A stretch of DNA of 64,000 nt, taken from the NCBI RefSeq assembly GCF_000143415.4, contig NW_003314401.1, forward strand, positions 62,001-126,000, read 5' to 3'. Within the stretch, counting starts at the first letter, position 1, and every line of letters starts with the position of its first letter. This document shows, piece after piece, positions 35,376 through 46,575 of the stretch. The notes under the pieces were generated by a model. It was not told the DNA's origin, made no database searches, and saw nothing but the letters and a program-made list of their open reading frames with translations. The position numbers were made by a program, and so were the translations under genes. The stretch is from Selaginella moellendorffii (Eukaryota > Plantae > Lycopodiophyta).

Positions 35376-37279
35376 GAGTTTTCTGTCACCTGGATCTTCG
35401 CCAAAGCTGCATTGCTTGGTTTAGATGGAAATCCATCCTTGGCTTCGGTCCAGTGATCGAGGACGAGGTGAAAATGCTGTTTTCCTTGATATAGCCCAAA
35501 GTCCGCGTACATTGAAAGGAATTGTCTCCTCCCTTCAGAAGCGCTTCTTCTGCGGCTGCACACGATTAAAACCAGATGAAAAGATGTCTCGTTAGGCAAT
35601 TCATTCATCTTCATGAGACTAAACAGCTCCATCGCCGCTACAGAGTTACCACTGTATGTGTATGCGGCTAACATGGAGTTCCATGAGACAACAGACTTCT
35701 CCGGCATTCTATCGAATAGAAACTTGCATTTCTGGTCAAGTCCATGTTGGGCATAAGCGAAGAGCAATGCACTCCAGGAAGCAGTATCACGGCATGGCAT
35801 CTCATCGAAAACTAATCTCGACCCCTGCAATTCACCAAATTGGCTGTTTGCAACCAGAATGGAGTTCCAAGACATCACACTGTGAAACGGCATGGATTCA
35901 AACAACCGCTGGGCCTCAACCAGGTAGCCGTTTTGGCCAAACGCAGTAACCATTACATTCCAGGAAACCACATCCCTCTGTGCCATTTTGTCAAAGACAC
36001 ACTTAGCTTCTTCCAAATGACCAGCGTGGGCATAAGCTACGAGCATTTCCGTCCAGGCAACGAGATCCTTCATAGGCATTGAATCAAATACCTTCTTTGC
36101 GCTCTCAAGATGACAGTTTTGGGCATAAGCAGCTAGCATAGCATTCCATGTCACCAGGCTTCGCACCGGCATCACTTCAAACACCTGTACAGCCTCGTCC
36201 AGCCGCCCGCTCTGACCGTATGCGCTTACCATGGTGTTGCAAGCTATGAGGTCACTCTGGGGCATTTTCTGGAACAACTTGGCGGCGGCGTCAACAAGCC
36301 CACGCTGGGCATATGCAGCAAGCATGGTAGTCCAAGTAACCATGTTCCGCTCTGGCATCCGATCGAAACAAAACCTTGCTCTGTCAACCATCCCAGCTTC
36401 GCTGTACGCCGCAAGAATAGCAGTACATGACACAAAGTCACGCTCCGGCATCTTGTCGAATATCTCCTTCGCTTCCGCCAGACACCCGTTTTGGGCATAT
36501 GCAGTCAGCATCGCGGTCCACGACACGATGCTTCTCTCTGGCATCTCCTCGAAGAGGATCTTAGAATCTTCTAGCCGGCTGTGCTGCGAGAGAGCCGACA
36601 AGAGTGCGGTGTAGGAGACAATGTCCCGTGCCGGCATGTCGGCGAAGAGGAGAGCCGCTTCCTTGAGGTGCCCATGCCGCGTGTAGGCCGACAGCAGAGT
36701 GTTCCAGCACACGAGGTTGCTCTCTTGCATGGAATCAAACAAGATCCTGGCATCGTCAAGGAGCCCATTCTCCACAAACGCGGGAAGGAGAGCTGAGAAA
36801 GAGATGATGTTGTGATGCGGCATTGCATCAAACAACTCTTTCGCTGTGTCAAGATGCCCGGCTTTGGCATACGCAGAGAGCATAGTGTTCCAAGACACTA
36901 GAGTCTGTTCCGGCATCTCTTCAAACAGTTGCCTTGCAGCTTGTAGATTCCCAGCTTGGACGTAGACAAGCAACATGACATTCCAGGACGCTGGAGATCG
37001 ATCTGGCATGTTCTCAAACATGCGCTTGGCTTCTTCCGGATGCCCGTTGCGAGTGTAGACAGAGAGCATCGCGACCCACGAAACCGCGTCTTTGGCATCG
37101 GTGGCATCGAACACCCTGCGTGCATCGTCGATGCTCCCACACCGGCCGTAGACCTCGATCAGCTTGTTGGCGATGGCCGCGGAGCTGTGGACGTTTCCTT
37201 GGATGCGGGAATGGATGTCCTTGGCCACGGACAGTGTCTTGCAACGATCGAGCAGTGCCAGGCACTCGCTGGCTTCCAT
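35366..37279 (-). CDS. PLS-class PPR protein with a long short-motif array, truncated within the S2 motif (no E domain)
   Basis: Long run of consecutive 31-aa motifs; ends GKQHFHLVLDH followed by unrelated sequence. Confidence 0.88.
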   Translation of the reverse strand: MEASECLALLDRCKTLSVAKDIHSRIQGNVHSSAAIANKLIEVYGRCGSIDDARRVFDATDAKDAVSWVAMLSVYTRNGHPEEAKRMFENMPDRSPASWNVMLLVYVQAGNLQAARQLFEEMPEQTLVSWNTMLSAYAKAGHLDTAKELFDAMPHHNIISFSALLPAFVENGLLDDARILFDSMQESNLVCWNTLLSAYTRHGHLKEAALLFADMPARDIVSYTALLSALSQHSRLEDSKILFEEMPERSIVSWTAMLTAYAQNGCLAEAKEIFDKMPERDFVSCTAILAAYSEAGMVDRARFCFDRMPERNMVTWTTMLAAYAQRGLVDAAAKLFQKMPQSDLIACNTMVSAYGQSGRLDEAVQVFEVMPVRSLVTWNAMLAAYAQNCHLESAKKVFDSMPMKDLVAWTEMLVAYAHAGHLEEAKCVFDKMAQRDVVSWNVMVTAFGQNGYLVEAQRLFESMPFHSVMSWNSILVANSQFGELQGSRLVFDEMPCRDTASWSALLFAYAQHGLDQKCKFLFDRMPEKSVVSWNSMLAAYTYSGNSVAAMELFSLMKMNELPNETSFHLVLIVCSRRRSASEGRRQFLSMYADFGLYQGKQHFHLVLDHWTEAKDGFPSKPSNAALAKIQVTENSHS

Positions 37280-37284
37280 AAGTC

Positions 37285-37286
<2 letters not shown>

Positions 37287-37324
<38 letters not shown>
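37287..37324. repeat. (GA)n microsatellite between the DsbA-like stop and the PPR start
   Basis: Direct inspection. Confidence 0.9.
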
Positions 37325-37326
<2 letters not shown>

Positions 37327-37364
37327 CTTTCACACTAGAAGATGTAAAGAGACGATAAGTCTAG

Positions 37365-38360
37365 CTAGCTCTTCTTGAAAACTTCGATAAAGGAGCTGGG
37401 TGGCTGGGCGCCAGAGAGTTGATACTTGCCATTCACCTGTAGAGGACGACGAAAGTTTAGTGATCACCATCAAAGTTTAGAGTTGTGCTTACTAGAAAAT
37501 GCGGGACACCATTCACTCCAGTGCCATATTTTTTGAGTTGTTCCAGGACCTGCGCAACAGTAGAACATCGCGACGCTGAAGCTTTGGAGATGAAAGAAAC
37601 AAACAAACCTCCTTGAGGCCGGCATTAGGATCAGCGAGAAACTCGCTGGCCCCCGTGACTCCAACTTTGTCCGCGGCATCCACCAGAACTTGCCTGATCA
37701 AACGAGACCATGTCAGCTCAACCGAGATCTCACAAATCTTCGCCGAGGGAGAAGAAGAGAAACCTGTCGCCGATGTATTTCTCTTGAGTCAAATAGTTGA
37801 GGAAGAGCTCCTCGACAAGCGCGTTCTGCTTGTCATAGCCTTGACGTCCAGCCAGTTCGATAAGCCTGTGGCTGTCCAGAGTGTTTCCCCTGTGGAAATC
37901 CCACAAAGTTAACACACACAAAGATTAAAGCGTGGTGATTGTTACGTGAGGCCGCCAAAGTTGATTTCGAGTCCAACATCCTCAAACACCTGAGAACCAA
38001 TTTATCATCTTAGACTTACTAATAAGCATTTGCTAGATCATCACAGTAAAAAACCTTGCTCAATCGGCCCACGATAGAAGAAAATCGACCTTCTCCAAAC
38101 TTGGACTTGTAATAAGCAAGCTTATCAACACCCTCGACGGGGGCGCTGGGATTCAGCAAGTAGGGACGCCATCGAACCTGCGTGATTGGATCCAAGCGTT
38201 CTAAAACTCGAGAGGAGGAATGAATCCAACCAGTTACCTCGAAGTCGTATTCGTCTGCCGAGGCCTCGATTGCCCGCTCCAAATTCTTCTTCCCGATGTA
38301 GCACCAGGGGCACACCGTATCCGACGTGACATCGATCTCCACAAGCTTTCTTCTAGGCAT
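37365..38360 (-). CDS. DsbA/FrnE-like thioredoxin-fold oxidoreductase, multi-exon
   Basis: SDTVCPWCYIGK, VRWRPYLLNP, GNTLDSHRL, cis-Pro GVNGVPHF, LSGAQPP. Confidence 0.92.
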
Positions 38361-38540
38361 CCTTGGCAGAATTAGAGATAGCTACCTGGTGGGCGAAAAA
38401 AGCAAGGAACCCTACCCTCTCCTTTGCGATTCCAGGCTTCCATGTCTCCCTCGAGGAGTGTTCTTTTCCGCCCATTGGAACCTGCAAGGAAGTCGGCGAT
38501 CGGAGAATATGCCTGGTATCAGCGGGTGGTAAGATCAAAC

Positions 38541-38613
38541 GGGGATGTAGCTCAGATGGTAGAGCGATCGCTTCGCATGCGATAGGTAAGGGGATCGATG
38601 CCCCTCATCTCCA
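38541..38613 (+). tRNA. tRNA-Ala(CGC)
   Basis: GGGGATG/CATCTCC acceptor stem, D arm GCTC/GAGC, anticodon stem ATCGC/GCGAT around TTCGCAT, T stem AGGGG/CCCCT; upstream CAA and downstream T-run terminator. Confidence 0.96.
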
Positions 38614-38633
38614 TTTCTTTTTGCCCACGAGCT

Positions 38634-38706
38634 CATTTCTATGATGTGGTTTTCTTTTGGCATTTTCTACATTTCTGTGATGTGGATTTTCTTTTGGCAT
38701 TTTCTA
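38634..38706. repeat. 36-37 bp tandem duplication just downstream of the tRNA
   Basis: CATTTCTRTGATGTGG(A)TTTTCTTTTGGCATTTTCTA x2. Confidence 0.8.
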
Positions 38707-38749
38707 CACAGGAACTAGTCTTGAGTTTCAAACCTTTCATTGTCAAAGT

Positions 38750-39110
38750 GGTGAGCAGCAACGATCAATGTGGCATAAAAGTCCTCGTATGGAAAATACG
38801 ATCGAGCAGCCTTTTCTTCTGGATTGCCGGGTGTCGAGCTAGAAAAGGAGAGACTGGCCAGGATTTCCTTTCGTTCATTCAATGTCCATAGTCGACTCCT
38901 ACATTGTGAACCTTGATCTTAGGTCTTGCTTGCGTCGTCAAGATCTTCTTAGAAGAGAGGTGGATCCTTTTGAAAATCTTGGATTTGGCCTTTTGGCAGT
39001 CCTGGAGACACTTCCACAATGGTCCAGCATGCTTTCTAGTCGCAGAATCAAATTATTTACTTCAGAATCGTTCACAACTGGAAGCCAGGAGGGCGCACAT
39101 ATGCGCTAAT
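38750..39110 (+). mobile_element. Possible decayed non-LTR (LINE) ORF2 3' fragment, zf-RVT-like
   Basis: IKVLVWKI...C...GET..FLSFIQC then WILL...AFWQSWRH; interrupted by stops and frameshifts; recognised by eye only. Confidence 0.35.
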
Positions 39111-39426
39111 TCCCTGTGTTTATTGGCAACCAACAAAAGCTCTCAAACTTCCTCAACCTTTTCGACAAGCCTGTGCTTATTTTGCAGGGGTCCCGCTGCA
39201 CTTCAAAACTGCCCCTGAGCGCCTTGTGAGCGCCTTGAGAAGATTGCGGAGAGAAAACTTCAATGGTGGAAACAAATTGCTACTCAAAGCCAACGGGATC
39301 CCAATCTACACATCCGTAGCTACTTCGACGTCCTCTTCTTACAACCTGATGAATTTGAAAACTTGTTAGAACTAGGAATTGTGGTTCTATAGATTTCTCA
39401 CCTGAAAATCAAATGCTCCTTAGCTC

Positions 39427-42400
39427 CTAGTACGAGGGCGGAGGTGGAGATTTATACATGTAAGGAGGTGATTGATACTCTGGTGGCGGAGGCGATTTGT
39501 AGTAATAAGGTGGTGGGGGTGGTGACTCGTATTTGTAGGGAGGTGGTGGAGGGGATTCATACTTGTATGGAGGCGGTGGAGGTGACTCATACTTGTACGG
39601 AGGTGGAGGTGGGGATTCATACTTGTAAGGTGGTGGTGGTGGTGACTCGTATTTGTACGGAGGTGGAGGTGGGGATTCATACTTGTAAGGTGGTGGTGGT
39701 GGTGACTCGTATTTGTAGGGAGGTGGTGGTGGCGACTCATACTTGTATGGAGGCGGTGGAGGAGATTTGTAATAGTAAGGTGGTGGTGGTGGTGACTCGT
39801 ATTTATATGGAGGTGGTGGCGGGGATTCATATTTGTAGGGAGGTGGTGGAGGGGACTTGTAGTAGTAAGGTGGAGGAGGAGGCGATTCATACTTGTAGGG
39901 AGGTGGAGGTGGGGATTCATATTTGTATGGTGGGGGTGGCGGAGACTTGTAGTAATAAGGTGGAGGGGGCGACTTGTATTTGTAAACTGGGGGTGGCGGA
40001 GACTCGTATTTGTAGACTGGTGGTGGCGGCGACTCATACTTGTATGGAGGCGGTGGAGGAGATTTGTAATAGTAAGGTGGTGGGGGTGGTGACTCGTATT
40101 TGTAGGGAGGTGGTGGCGGGGATTCATACTTGTAGGGAGGTGGCGGCGGGGATTTGTAGTAATAAGGAGGTGGTGGTGGAGATTCATACTTGTACGGAGG
40201 AGGAGGTGGAGACTCGTACTTGTATGGAGGTGGCGGCGGGGATTTGTAGTAATAAGGTGGTGGCGGGGGTGACTTGTATTTGTAAACTGGCGGTGGTGGA
40301 GATTCGTACTTGTATGGAGGTGGCGGGGGGGATTTGTAGTAATAAGGTGGTGGTGGTGGAGATTCATACTTGTACGGAGGAGGAGGTGGAGACTCGTACT
40401 TGTATGGAGGTGGCGGTGGGGATTTGTAGTAATAAGGTGGTGGCGGAGGTGACTTGTATTTGTAAACTGGTGGTGGTGGAGATTCATACTTGTACGGAGG
40501 AGGTGGTGGCGACTCGTACTTGTATGGTGGTGGTGGAGGGGACTTGTAGTAATAAGGTGGAGGTGGCGGGGATTCATACTTGTATGGAGGTGGTGGTGGT
40601 GACTCGTACTTGTATGGTGGTGGTGGCGACTTGTATTTGTAAACTGGGGGTGGCGGAGTCTCATATTTGTAGACTGGAGGTGGCGGGGATTCATATTTGT
40701 ATGGAGGTGGTGGTGGGGACTTGTAATAGTAAGGTGGTGGAGGCGGGGACTCGTATTTGTAAGGAGGAGGAGGCGGCGATTCGTATTTGTAGGGAGGTGG
40801 TGGTGGGGATTTGTAATAGTACGGTGGAGGGGGCGGGGATTTGTAATAGTATGGAGACGGTGGTGGGGGCGACTTGTAGTAATAATTAGGCGGAGGTGGA
40901 GGTGGGGACTTGTAATAGTATGGTGGTGGAGGCGGGGATTTGTAATAGTAGACCGGCGAAGGAGGAGGAGGGGATTTGTAGTAGTAAACCGGAGGAGGTG
41001 GCGATTTGTAGTAGTAGACCGGAGGTGGCGGAGAGGCGTAATGGTAGACCGGTGTTGGTGGCGGAGGTGACTTGTACTCATAGGGAGGTGATGTGTAGAA
41101 GCAGACTGACGATGGCTCTGGAGTTGCATAGATGAAAGGACCGGCTGTCAAGACGAGCTCCTTCTCTGTTTTCGATTTGAACTTGAGCTTGGCCCCTGTT
41201 GCACCAGACCTGTAGTCCGTGATGACATTGCATGACGACTTGATGTAGCTGCTCTTGATAATCTTGGCCTTGCAGCTGCTTGCGTCTTCCCAGGATTGGT
41301 GCGGGAGCTCAATTCTAAAGATTCCATGCTTGTTGGTGTAGCCGTAGTAGTAAGATTCGCCACATGTGATCTTCACTTTGCCACCTGCATTATTGCACAC
41401 AGTATCAAGAGGAAATGAGTGAGGAGAACAATATCGAATTGAATGCAATTGAGAATGTACCTAGCAGACCCATGTGGTGATGCCTGAAGTATCTGCTTGT
41501 GGTGTTCCAGCATCTGTTGCAATAGACCTTGCCCGTGACCACTACCAGCTTGTAACTTGGTGGGGGTGGCGATTGGTAGTGGTAAGCTGGAGGTGGCGGG
41601 GATTTGTAATAGTAGACAGGCGGTGGGGGAGATTTGTAGTAATACGCTGGTGGAGGAGGAGATTTGTAGTAATATACTGGTGATGGAGGAGGTGGTGATT
41701 TGTAGTAATATGGTGGCGGAGGAGGAGATTTGTATTTGTAAACTGGAGGTGGTGGTGGTGGAGACTTGTAGTAATATGGCGGTGGTGGTGGAGACTTGTA
41801 ATAGTATGGAGGTGGAGGAGGAGATTCGTACTTGTAAGGTGGTGGTGGTGGAGATTTATATTTGTAGACAGGAGAAGGTGGTGGTGGTGATTTGTAGTAG
41901 TAAGGTGGTGGCGGGGGTGGAGATTTGTAGTAATATGGAGGTGGAGGAGGCGACTCGTACTTGTATGGTGGTGGCGGTGGCGATTCGTACTTATATGGTG
42001 GTGGAGGAGGCGATTCATACTTGTATGGTGGTGGCGGCGGCGATTCATACTTGTACGGAGGTGGCGGCGGCGATTCATACTTGTATGGTGGTGGCGGCGG
42101 CGATTCGTACTTGTATGGTGGGTGGCGGCGGCGATTCATACTTGTATGGTGGAGGTGGTGGCGATTCATACTTGTAGGGGGGCGGCGGAGGTGATTTGTA
42201 ATAGTACGGTGGTGGAGGCGGCGACTCGTACTTGTAGGGAGGCGGAGGCGGCGATTCATACTTGTAGGGAGGAGGCGGAGGCGGAGATTTGTAGTAGTAA
42301 GGCGGAGGAGGTGGCGGCGATTTGTACTTGTAAACCGGCGGAGGGGGGGGCGGCGATTTGTACTCATAGACCGGCGGAGGGGGAGACTTGTACTCGTAAA

Positions 42401-42566
42401 CCGGTGATGGCGGTGGTGGAGAGCTGTAAGTGTAAGTCTTGGTTTCAGCGCCTCCTTCAGCTTCTGCTAGTGCGGGCGTTGCAGCATTGCCCACGGTTGC
42501 CACCAAAGCCACGAATTGAATCACCGCGAGCCAGTGGGGCCGAGTGCCTCCACTCCTGGCTGCCAT
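39427..42566 (-). CDS. Extensin - Pollen Ole e 1 - extensin chimera; one intron (41385-41460) and a +1 frameshift at about 42121
   Basis: Signal peptide; dozens of SPPPP(P)YKYE/YYYK repeats on both sides of VVTGKVYCNRC...GYTNKHGIF...CKAK...LTAGPF. Confidence 0.85.
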
Positions 42567-45500
42567 TCTGACAGAATCGAGCCCTCAGCTAGCCCCCTGG
42601 AATTCAATCCTAGAATGCTTGGAATGGTTCCACCTGCGATCAAGACAAAAGGCCACCTGAAATGAGAAAAACAAAAGAGGGGATTCTAGTGTTGAATGCC
42701 AGGAAAGCAGAGCAAACGCGAAATCTTGCACTTGGCAGACCAAAAGCAGGCAATGCAGAGCAGGGAGGGAGTAGATCGCGGAGTAAAGAAAGTGGAATCG
42801 ATTCTTACTGCCTCTGCTGCGTGTGAGAAGGCGTGTCCGGAGATGGAAAAGATTCGGCGCTCTTATCAGCCTGGAACTAAGAGCTGGGGAGCTGTGGATG
42901 GTCTGCCAAGGTCCTTTCCCTTTTCCCTTCCTCAATGGAGGGAGAGAGGAGAGGATGGAGCAGACGAGTTTCACAAGTGAGAGAGTGAGCAAAGCGAATA
43001 GGGTCTTATACTGCCTCTTTCAGTGCATGGCCATTTTTTCTTTCTTTGTGATGTTGTAGTTGGAGAATTTTCTTCTTGGTTCCTGTTATCTCACAGCTGG
43101 CTTTGCTGGACCAGCATTGCTTACTGGCTATTGCTCCCTCGAGACTTTAGTAATCCCCATCTTTAGGGGCTGTGGAATATGCTCCCGTTCAAGATGCGTT
43201 TTGTTGTCTTGCTTTTGATGTTTTGTGGCACGGACAAAAGCTTTGCTTTACTTTGCAATTTTGTGAGACATGTCCATAGGCCCTGCTTTTGCGCTGGGTG
43301 CGCTCCAATTCAGCATGTCCAAAGTGTACTGTTTTTGTTTCTCTGATTATCCTGCTAAGCCAGCTCTAATTTGTGTGTTAGCAACAGGGACTTTTCTTTT
43401 CTTATCTTATGTTTTTTTCCTGCTTTCTTCCAGCTCGGAAGAAGAGAAAGTTAGTTGTGACCAACCCCGGAAATTGAATGGGCTGAGGTGAGGGGTTGCA
43501 GTTACTTTGCCAAGCATGATGTGAGCCTGGACCGGATGGGGCAGCAGCAGAAGCAGCAGCAGCAAGTAAACAAAAACGTAAACCGATGACATGTTCACGA
43601 CCTTGGTCGCAATAACTGCAGCTGGTGAATGAATTCTAGTTCTTGTAAATTATGTGCGGTTTAACCCATGAATTCATGTTTCACAGAGGAGTCGTGTGTT
43701 TGCTGTTGCCGGTGCCGCGTCTCCCGTGTCAATGTCTGATCTCACCACATCTTTGTGAGGTTAAAAACTGTCAGTTGAATCCCAGCACAGGGCCGGTAAA
43801 TTCCCGTGGTCAGAGTTAAATGAGGGAGAAAACGCTCGTCCAGCCAGGCCAGCCAGTGTTGAAAACGGACTGACGTGAAATTTGATCGTGGCTGCCCTGC
43901 ACCGCACTGCACTGCGCACACTGCTGTACGAACTGCACTGAGAGGAGTAGACGAACTTCTTCTTCTCCTTCTCCTTCTTCTGATCAAGCTTTGCTTTTTC
44001 TCTCTGGCCTGTTTGGTGAGTGTCGTACGTGCATGGGCACCTTTTCTCAGCGATGCATGTACGTTTCATAGATGTGTGATAAGAGATTGTTTGGTTGGGT
44101 TAAACTTTGGATGAAATGCAAGGCAAGATTTCACCGTCTGCCCTGGAACCCCAAGCTACAGCGCTGCATGTCTTTGAAGCGAGCTTGATATCCTCAACAG
44201 ACGCACGAATCTTCGTGCCATTAAGAAGTTTCAATTCGATTCTACCAGTTCCTGGGTAGCGTCCAGAAGGTGGTGTGGTGGCCCGTCGCGCAACGGTTTG
44301 ATTTACAATCCATCTGGACACGGATGGATGGATGGATGCTCTAGATTTAACTGGGCTTAGAAAACAATAAAAGGTTCTGGAGAGAGAGAGACCAGGCACA
44401 TGGAGGCCTGCAGACAAAACAAGCACCTGCACACAAGATTTTAAACAGTACAAGCATGAGAGGCATGTAATGCTCTTGTCCTGCTTCTAATGAGATCAAA
44501 TGTTGCAAAGGTTTGCTGGGCTTCAATCAATTCCAATCACGGCTTAGAAGTTCATTCTCTAGAAGAACATAAACAACGACAATTTAAAAGCTCGGTTTTA
44601 ATTCGTACTACGCAATGTGTTTCAGCCGAGAATATCCGTCAGAGAAATGTGGCTCTTGGGGCACTTGCGGACGAAAGAGATGTCGCGATCTTATCCCTGT
44701 GCACACTGTGGCCCCACAACCTAAATGAAATTGCAAGCGAAGCCTCCCAAAAGCACTCATGCTTGGAGAGCGTTCGCTCGCGACGATCTCAAAATGGATC
44801 TCTCGAATCGATTAGAGAGATATCCAGAGCAGCAGTACGTGCAGGAGATCATCCTCGTGTCGATGGGCTCCTCTCAACAGAAATCACCCCCGGAAGCCAG
44901 TTTGTTTATTGTTCTGTCTTTTGTTCGTTCGATCCATCATGACTTATGCATGAACGCAGAGTTTTCCTTGTCGCAGAGCTCGAGTGGAATGCAGAATCTC
45001 ACCGCCATTGCAATGCAAGCAAAAAAAAGAGCGATGCTCCAGCTTTGCACGACGTGGGGTTCCACAGACCTTCGACTGATCAACGTGTTCGCAAAGCAAC
45101 CAAGTCGAACAAAACATTAAACAAAAGTCTCATGGTGCCTCTGTCAGCTTTATATTTTTCTTACACTACAAACAACACGTATATAGTTATTTGCCATGAA
45201 CACGTAACCTTTAGCAATGTTACATCTTATAGCTGGCGACCTCATTTGTTGGAGAGCTCGAGAAGGCCGAGCTTACACGGAAGCGGGTAGTACACAAGTC
45301 AAGATCTTTGACAAATTCCGGAAAGCTAGCCGATGCAGGAATCACAAACACCAAGAATTTACACACATATATATAGTTCGGATGTTCAGAAAGTTCGTTG
45401 TTATTGTTGTTCTCAGAGTGAGAAGTGGCAACGTTTCTAAATAGAAGTCCTTGTTGGAGTTCTGTCTTCCTGTGACGTAAATCAGCATCACCAGCAAGGT

Positions 45501-46223
45501 TAATTGTGAATTTTGTTTCACTTTCATAAATGTTTCACACAAATCTCATATACACTTTGATTTAATATTGACGTTTTGAAATTTAAACTTCAAGAGTTCT
45601 TACATTTTAGGATTGAAGTTCTTATACTAGTTGTTAAGTATATCACAGCCTTCAACTAGATCTAAGCACAACAAAAGCTAGAAAAGCTAGATCTAACAAA
45701 AAACAAATGCAAATCTAATGAAGAGTGAAGAATTTTGAATGAACAAAAAATGAAATCCCTATGCCCTCTAATCCAAATGTTATATAATTAGCATTTCTAG
45801 CACATTCTATAGTTATATAGGATCTCACAAGAAGCTATAGTGGAAAAGAACAAAATGCAGGCACTTGAACTAGATAGTGCCACTGCTATTACTATCATCA
45901 CCAATGAGAGATCCAATGTAGAGGAAAATGGTGGCAACAAAAAATGAAATCCTCTAATTTAAAGTTAATGGTTCCTCTTAGATTCTAAGGATTGTGGCTG
46001 CCTTTAAGAAGTGGAAGATCCTCCTGAGTGTCTTCCCAGCTGCAAGGAACCACTGAAATCTGGAATTGCATGGTCGAAAATTTTGCCCTGGGGGTTGGCA
46101 GGACCTTTAACTTGTGAACATTGAAACTCTAATGAAAAGAAAAAATAAATTGGAAAAAAAACAAAGATTAACAGGCTTTTAATTTTAAGTACAAATTGAT
46201 TTGCTGAGCAGTTCAAACTACAA

Positions 46224-46575
46224 ATGTTTTATTTTCTTATTCTACATATTTTACTTTTAAGAGTACATCATTTTATAATTGATACTAGAGATTTAGAAAT
46301 CTTATATGAGGATGTAAGTTGTGCAATTTTAAGTGTTATTAGTGGTATGACTGTACTTATTCTTAATGGCTTAATTCCAAGGGGCCAAAAACAAGATAGT
46401 ACTATTGATAGACCAAGTGGTGATGGAACAAGAATGATAATTTCTTTGGTTTATAATCTAACTGAAATTTCTTTTGCATAGTGTGCTGTAAATGTTGAAG
46501 GGGGCAGAGAAAAAGGATTTTTTTATTAAAGGTGAGTTAGGTGGTCCTTTAGAAAATGTATATGATGATATTTTG
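46224..46575 (+). pseudogene. Decayed copy A of a secreted protein of unknown family (N-terminal part only)
   Basis: Homologous to 48745-49096 on the minus strand; in-frame TAG at 46479-46481 where copy B has CGG. Confidence 0.75.

Noticed and set aside
37280-37333. N-terminal MKESLSLSLS extension of the PPR ORF
   Set aside because: Starts at a non-ATG codon and simply translates the (GA)n microsatellite; ATG 37279 is preferred
39427-42420. Regular repeats as a CRISPR array or satellite
   Set aside because: Eukaryotic coding repeats with synonymous variation and no unique spacers
39420-42571. Long alternative-frame and antisense ORFs (His/Thr-rich and Val/Glu/Cys-rich) over the extensin
   Set aside because: Shadows of the codon-periodic SPPPPY repeat, which lacks stops in the other frames
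43497-43620. Imperfect hairpin (TGCAGTTA...TAACTGCA) with a faintly miR169-like 5' arm
   Set aside because: Too many mismatches and asymmetric bulges for a miRNA/miRNA* duplex by eye; it would need small-RNA reads
44100-45300. Several 110-150 aa ORFs on both strands
   Set aside because: No recognisable domain or coherent exon chain; left unexplained
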